Shown: piece by piece, positions 60,601 to 64,000 of the stretch
Position numbering within the stretch: position 1 is the first letter of the stretch
Layout: each line of letters starts with the position of its first letter
Assembly (NCBI GenBank): GCA_043228905.1
Contig: JBHGNT010000014.1
Location: forward strand, 7,316,001 to 7,380,000
From: Azolla caroliniana
Lineage: Eukaryota; Plantae; Polypodiophyta
Reading direction: 5' to 3'
Length of the DNA: 64,000 nucleotides
The notes under the pieces: generated by a model
Told to the model about the DNA's origin: nothing
What the model saw: the letters and a program-made list of their open reading frames with translations, nothing else
Databases searched by the model: none
Made by a program: the position numbers and the translations under genes

Positions 60601-62878
60601 TTTCGACCGAGTCCGAAACTCGACAAAGGGAAGGCCAAGATGTCCGAATACGATGATCCAATTGACAACGCGTCAACTCACTCCCTTCACAGTGAGTTCG
60701 AAGGCCTGGACATCCCTATCATTTGGACAGATGGAACGAAGAAAGCCTTAGTATCAACAAACGAGAAGCTCCGTCGATCGACCCGTGAAAAGAACCCCGT
60801 AAACCGCTTCGGCTACAACGATTATATGGCGTACCATTACGCCTTGATGATGAAGGTAGCGCCAGTACAAGAGCTGGAGATGCTTTCTGAAGCCGTAAAG
60901 GATCGACGATGGGTCGACGCGATGCATGAGGAAATGGAAGCATTATGCAAAAACGAGACATCGAATCTTGTCCCTCACACGCCGCACAAGAAAGCGATTG
61001 GTTGTCAATGGATTTACAAAGTGAAATACAATGCCAAAGGCTCCGTACGTCACTTTAAATCATGGCTCGTTGCGAAAGTTTATGCGTAAACGCACGACGT
61101 AGACTACGAAGAGACCTTTGCCCCGGTGGCAAAGATGACCAATGTGCGGACCGTAATTGCAATCGTTGCAGCAAAAGGGTGGCACCTCCACCAGATGGAC
61201 GTCAAGAACACCTTTCTTCAAGGCGAATTGGAAGAGGTGTACATGATCCAACCACCCGGTTTTGAATCACGCAATCATCCGAATGTCGTGTGCTGACTCA
61301 AGAAGCCTCTATACGGCCTCAAACAAGCACCACATGCGTGGCACTCGAAGATCACTCAGTATCTTCATCAGATCGGATTTCGAATGTCAAAATCTGATAC
61401 TTCTTTGTACATCCAAAACGAGTCGGATAGCCCAATTGTCATCATCCTTTTCGTGGATGATTTGGTCCTCAGAGGAAAGGATCTCGCCGAGATTAGCAAG
61501 GTCAAATCACTTCACTCCGGCAGATTCGAAATGAAAGACCTGCACGAGCTCAATTACTTCCTTGGCCTTAAAGTAATTCGGACTCCAGTCGGAATAATGA
61601 TTTCTCAATGGCACTACATTCTCAACCTTTTGTACAAGTTCGGAATGACCAAGTGCAAACCTGTGTCTACCCCTCTCGATCGTAATCTCACGATTGATGT
61701 CGATTCCGGCACAACCGAGTGCAAATCAACTCAATATCGTCAATTGATCGGCCACTTAATCTATCTCACAATTACGCGACCCGACCTCAGTTATTCGGTC
61801 GGCCTACTTAGTCAATTCATGCAGAATCCACGAAACTTTCATCTCGATTGTGCTAAGAGGATACTCTAGTATGTCAGTACGATGATGGATTACAACATTA
61901 TGTATCAGTCATATATGACCATTCGACTCGAAGGATACACAGTGGGGGACTGGGCAGGATACAAAACGGATAAACGATCCACCTCTAGACTCGTCTTCGG
62001 CCTTAGTAGTTGAGCGATCTCTTGGAGATATAAGAAGCAACTGACAGTCGCACTATCAAGCACGGACGCCAAATACAGGGGTGCGGTAGTCGCCACATGT
62101 GAAGTTGTATGGCTCAAGTGTATTCTAAAGGATCTGGGCGTACCCATCAAAGATCTGATTCGCCTATACTACGACAACCTGAGCAACATCTACTTGGCGC
62201 GAAACCCCATATTTCACGCACGTACTAAGCATATCGAAGTGCACTATCATTTCATTCACGAGCGCGTACAGGCTGCAGAAATCGATCTACAACATATTAG
62301 TACGCACCTCCAAGTTGATGATATTTTTACGAAGGCCTTAGGAGTCGACAAGCTCGGGCAATTCGCATCGGATCTTGGTCTCACGACATTCCCATTGTCG
62401 AGCTTGAGGGGGAGTACTGTGAGCGACATGTGCACTATATGCAATTGATCGAGTAGGCAACATTCAACGATACGTGAGTACACAACACGTAGTTAATCGA
62501 ACCGAGTATGAAGCCGAAAAGCCATACAATCGAGTTCGAGGATTACGAACGGCAGAAGCCAAATTCCGAAGACTAAACCAAAACAACCTTTCAACAGATG
62601 GAAGTTGTGTTCGAAGGGGCGTGTTGAGAGTCGAACTCAACTTTCCATAGTAATACGTTTCACACTAGCTCATGGTTATACCAGGCTAGTTTTGTAAATA
62701 ATAGAAAGGGCACCTACCCTAGTTTAGTTGGTATTTAAACCAACCTTTTGTAACTTAGTTACTGTTGGAAGTATTTTGGTTAATGTAACATACAATCATT
62801 TATCTCTGTTTTGTCTTACGTACACACACAGAGTCCTTCCGCTGCATCTCAGCCACTCTTGCTCCTCATTCCTTTACA
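57693..62878 (+). mobile_element. Degenerate full-length Ty1/copia element H (diverged relative of the B family)
   Basis: LTRs 57693-57981 and 62622-62878, TSD aatgt/aatgc, PBS TGGTATCAGAGC at 57982. Gag MGSALPTEKVDRMNFASW and PR/INT/RT/RH with many stops. Confidence 0.93.
58970..59113 (+). repeat. 3 x 48-bp (16-aa) in-frame tandem repeat at the gag/protease junction of copia H
   Basis: TNYTSNSDYDNRSGMF / TNYASNSDYDDRSGMF / TNYAMNSDYGDRGGMF. Confidence 0.9.
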
Positions 62879-64000
62879 AATGCGATATAGCTTTTTCCCC
62901 TCTCATTTTTGTGTGTTTCTTTGTTTCACTCTTCCCTCACACGTAACACCCTTGGAATGGGGGTGAAGCCACCCAATAACACTGGCACGCCTGAACTACC
63001 AACCCTCCCTTTAGAGGAAGTCTATCCCTCAACAGCCGACCCTCCCTTTAGAGGAAGTCTATCCCTCACTCTCTATCTTTGTCACTAATCTCTCACTCTC
63101 CCTCTTTACGTGTCTGTTAATCTCTATGTTATAGAGTGTGGTGTTGTGGGTGGACTCTCTGGGTGAGCCAACCTCCAATGGAGATCTCATCACTGCCTTC
63201 CCCGTCTTCTTCCCCATTTGCTTCTTCTCTTGCTCTCAGAAGTTCCCTTAGCTTCAAGAATGGCCAGGCTAAGACCCTAGAGTGTTTCCTCAAAGCCATG
63301 CCCTGTTTCCTCACGATCAGGCCTATTTCGAACCCCCGAGGATGAGCGGGCAGAGCTCCATAAAGACTTCCTTGGGATTCGACATAGATTGATAGAAGCT
63401 TCAGAAAGCATTTGCTGCAGTCCATGAAGATGTAGAGCATGTGGCATTCGAGAGTAAAGTTTCATCTAGGAAAGATGAGACGAGAAGGGAAAGAATGAAG
63501 GAAGGATGGAAAGGAAAAGCCTCTTTACTTTTTCTGATTGGCTTGAATTTCTGTGCAGGAAATAAATAGAGTGATCATCTAATCCATGGGCCTTAGGATG
63601 CAATCTCTCATATTGGAGTGCACAGCAAAAGCCCTTGCTTTTCTCAACAGCAAACCAGTGGAAGAGAAAACCCATTTACCTTCCTTTCCTTCTATCAAAT
63701 TGTAGGCAGACCTCTTTAACATAGAAGATTTCAACTTTTGAAGAATCCTGGAGCTCATTTGGATGGAAAAAATGTTCTCTCTTTGCTCTTGGGTACTAGT
63801 GAAACATGTGCATATAAGAGTTGCTCAGCCTATAAGAATAGTGGTCATAGATCCTCCCAACATAAGAACGTTTGGTGATGATCAGGATTGTAATGATAAA
63901 TCAATATCGAGAAGTCATGGTCTCTACTGGCTGCCACAGATTACCCTAAACTCAAGCAATTCATTTGATGTGAGGCAGGATATTGCTTACTTGTCTTCCA

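Larger units (their letters stand above)
57472..62991 (+). mobile_element. Gypsy-type LTR (57472-57692 plus 62884-62981) with a short Arg-type PBS, interrupted by copia H
   Basis: TGTTAC...AATAACA followed by TGGCACGCC at 62983-62991. Similar to the LTR at 3806. Confidence 0.6.

Noticed and set aside
63129-64000. Degenerate minus-strand ORF pieces, possibly LINE or GIY-YIG-like, plus a 37-bp-period duplication at 63002-63068
   Set aside because: No convincing motif could be assigned by eye.

Overview
Eukaryotic plant genomic DNA, probably from a non-seed plant (inferred from the retrotransposon lineages present). Most of the window is nested LTR retrotransposons. There are about eight Ty1/copia copies, mostly degenerate, and one very young near-intact Ty3/gypsy element at 10984-18143 with a tRNA-Trp PBS, a 4-bp TSD and a -1 frameshift after the protease. 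Several solo LTRs and gypsy fragments are also present. The only intact host gene is an intronless mitochondrial dicarboxylate carrier (DIC/UCP5-like, 41877-42812, minus). Two things stand out. (1) Removing the nested insertions reveals a decayed, intron-containing gene encoding a ParB-like domain fused to a beta-class DNA amino-methyltransferase (DIPY ... NPYQKP ... DLFSxTGTT). It lies head-to-head with a DDE-type transposase remnant, suggesting a DNA transposon carrying an N6A/N4C methyltransferase. (2) Four separate LTR elements carry a mimic of the tRNA-Arg 3' end, including CCA and a hairpin inserted in the T-loop, 1-2 nt upstream of the 3' LTR where the polypurine tract should be. This suggests tRNA-primed plus-strand synthesis or self-priming. 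All calls were made by eye without database searches.
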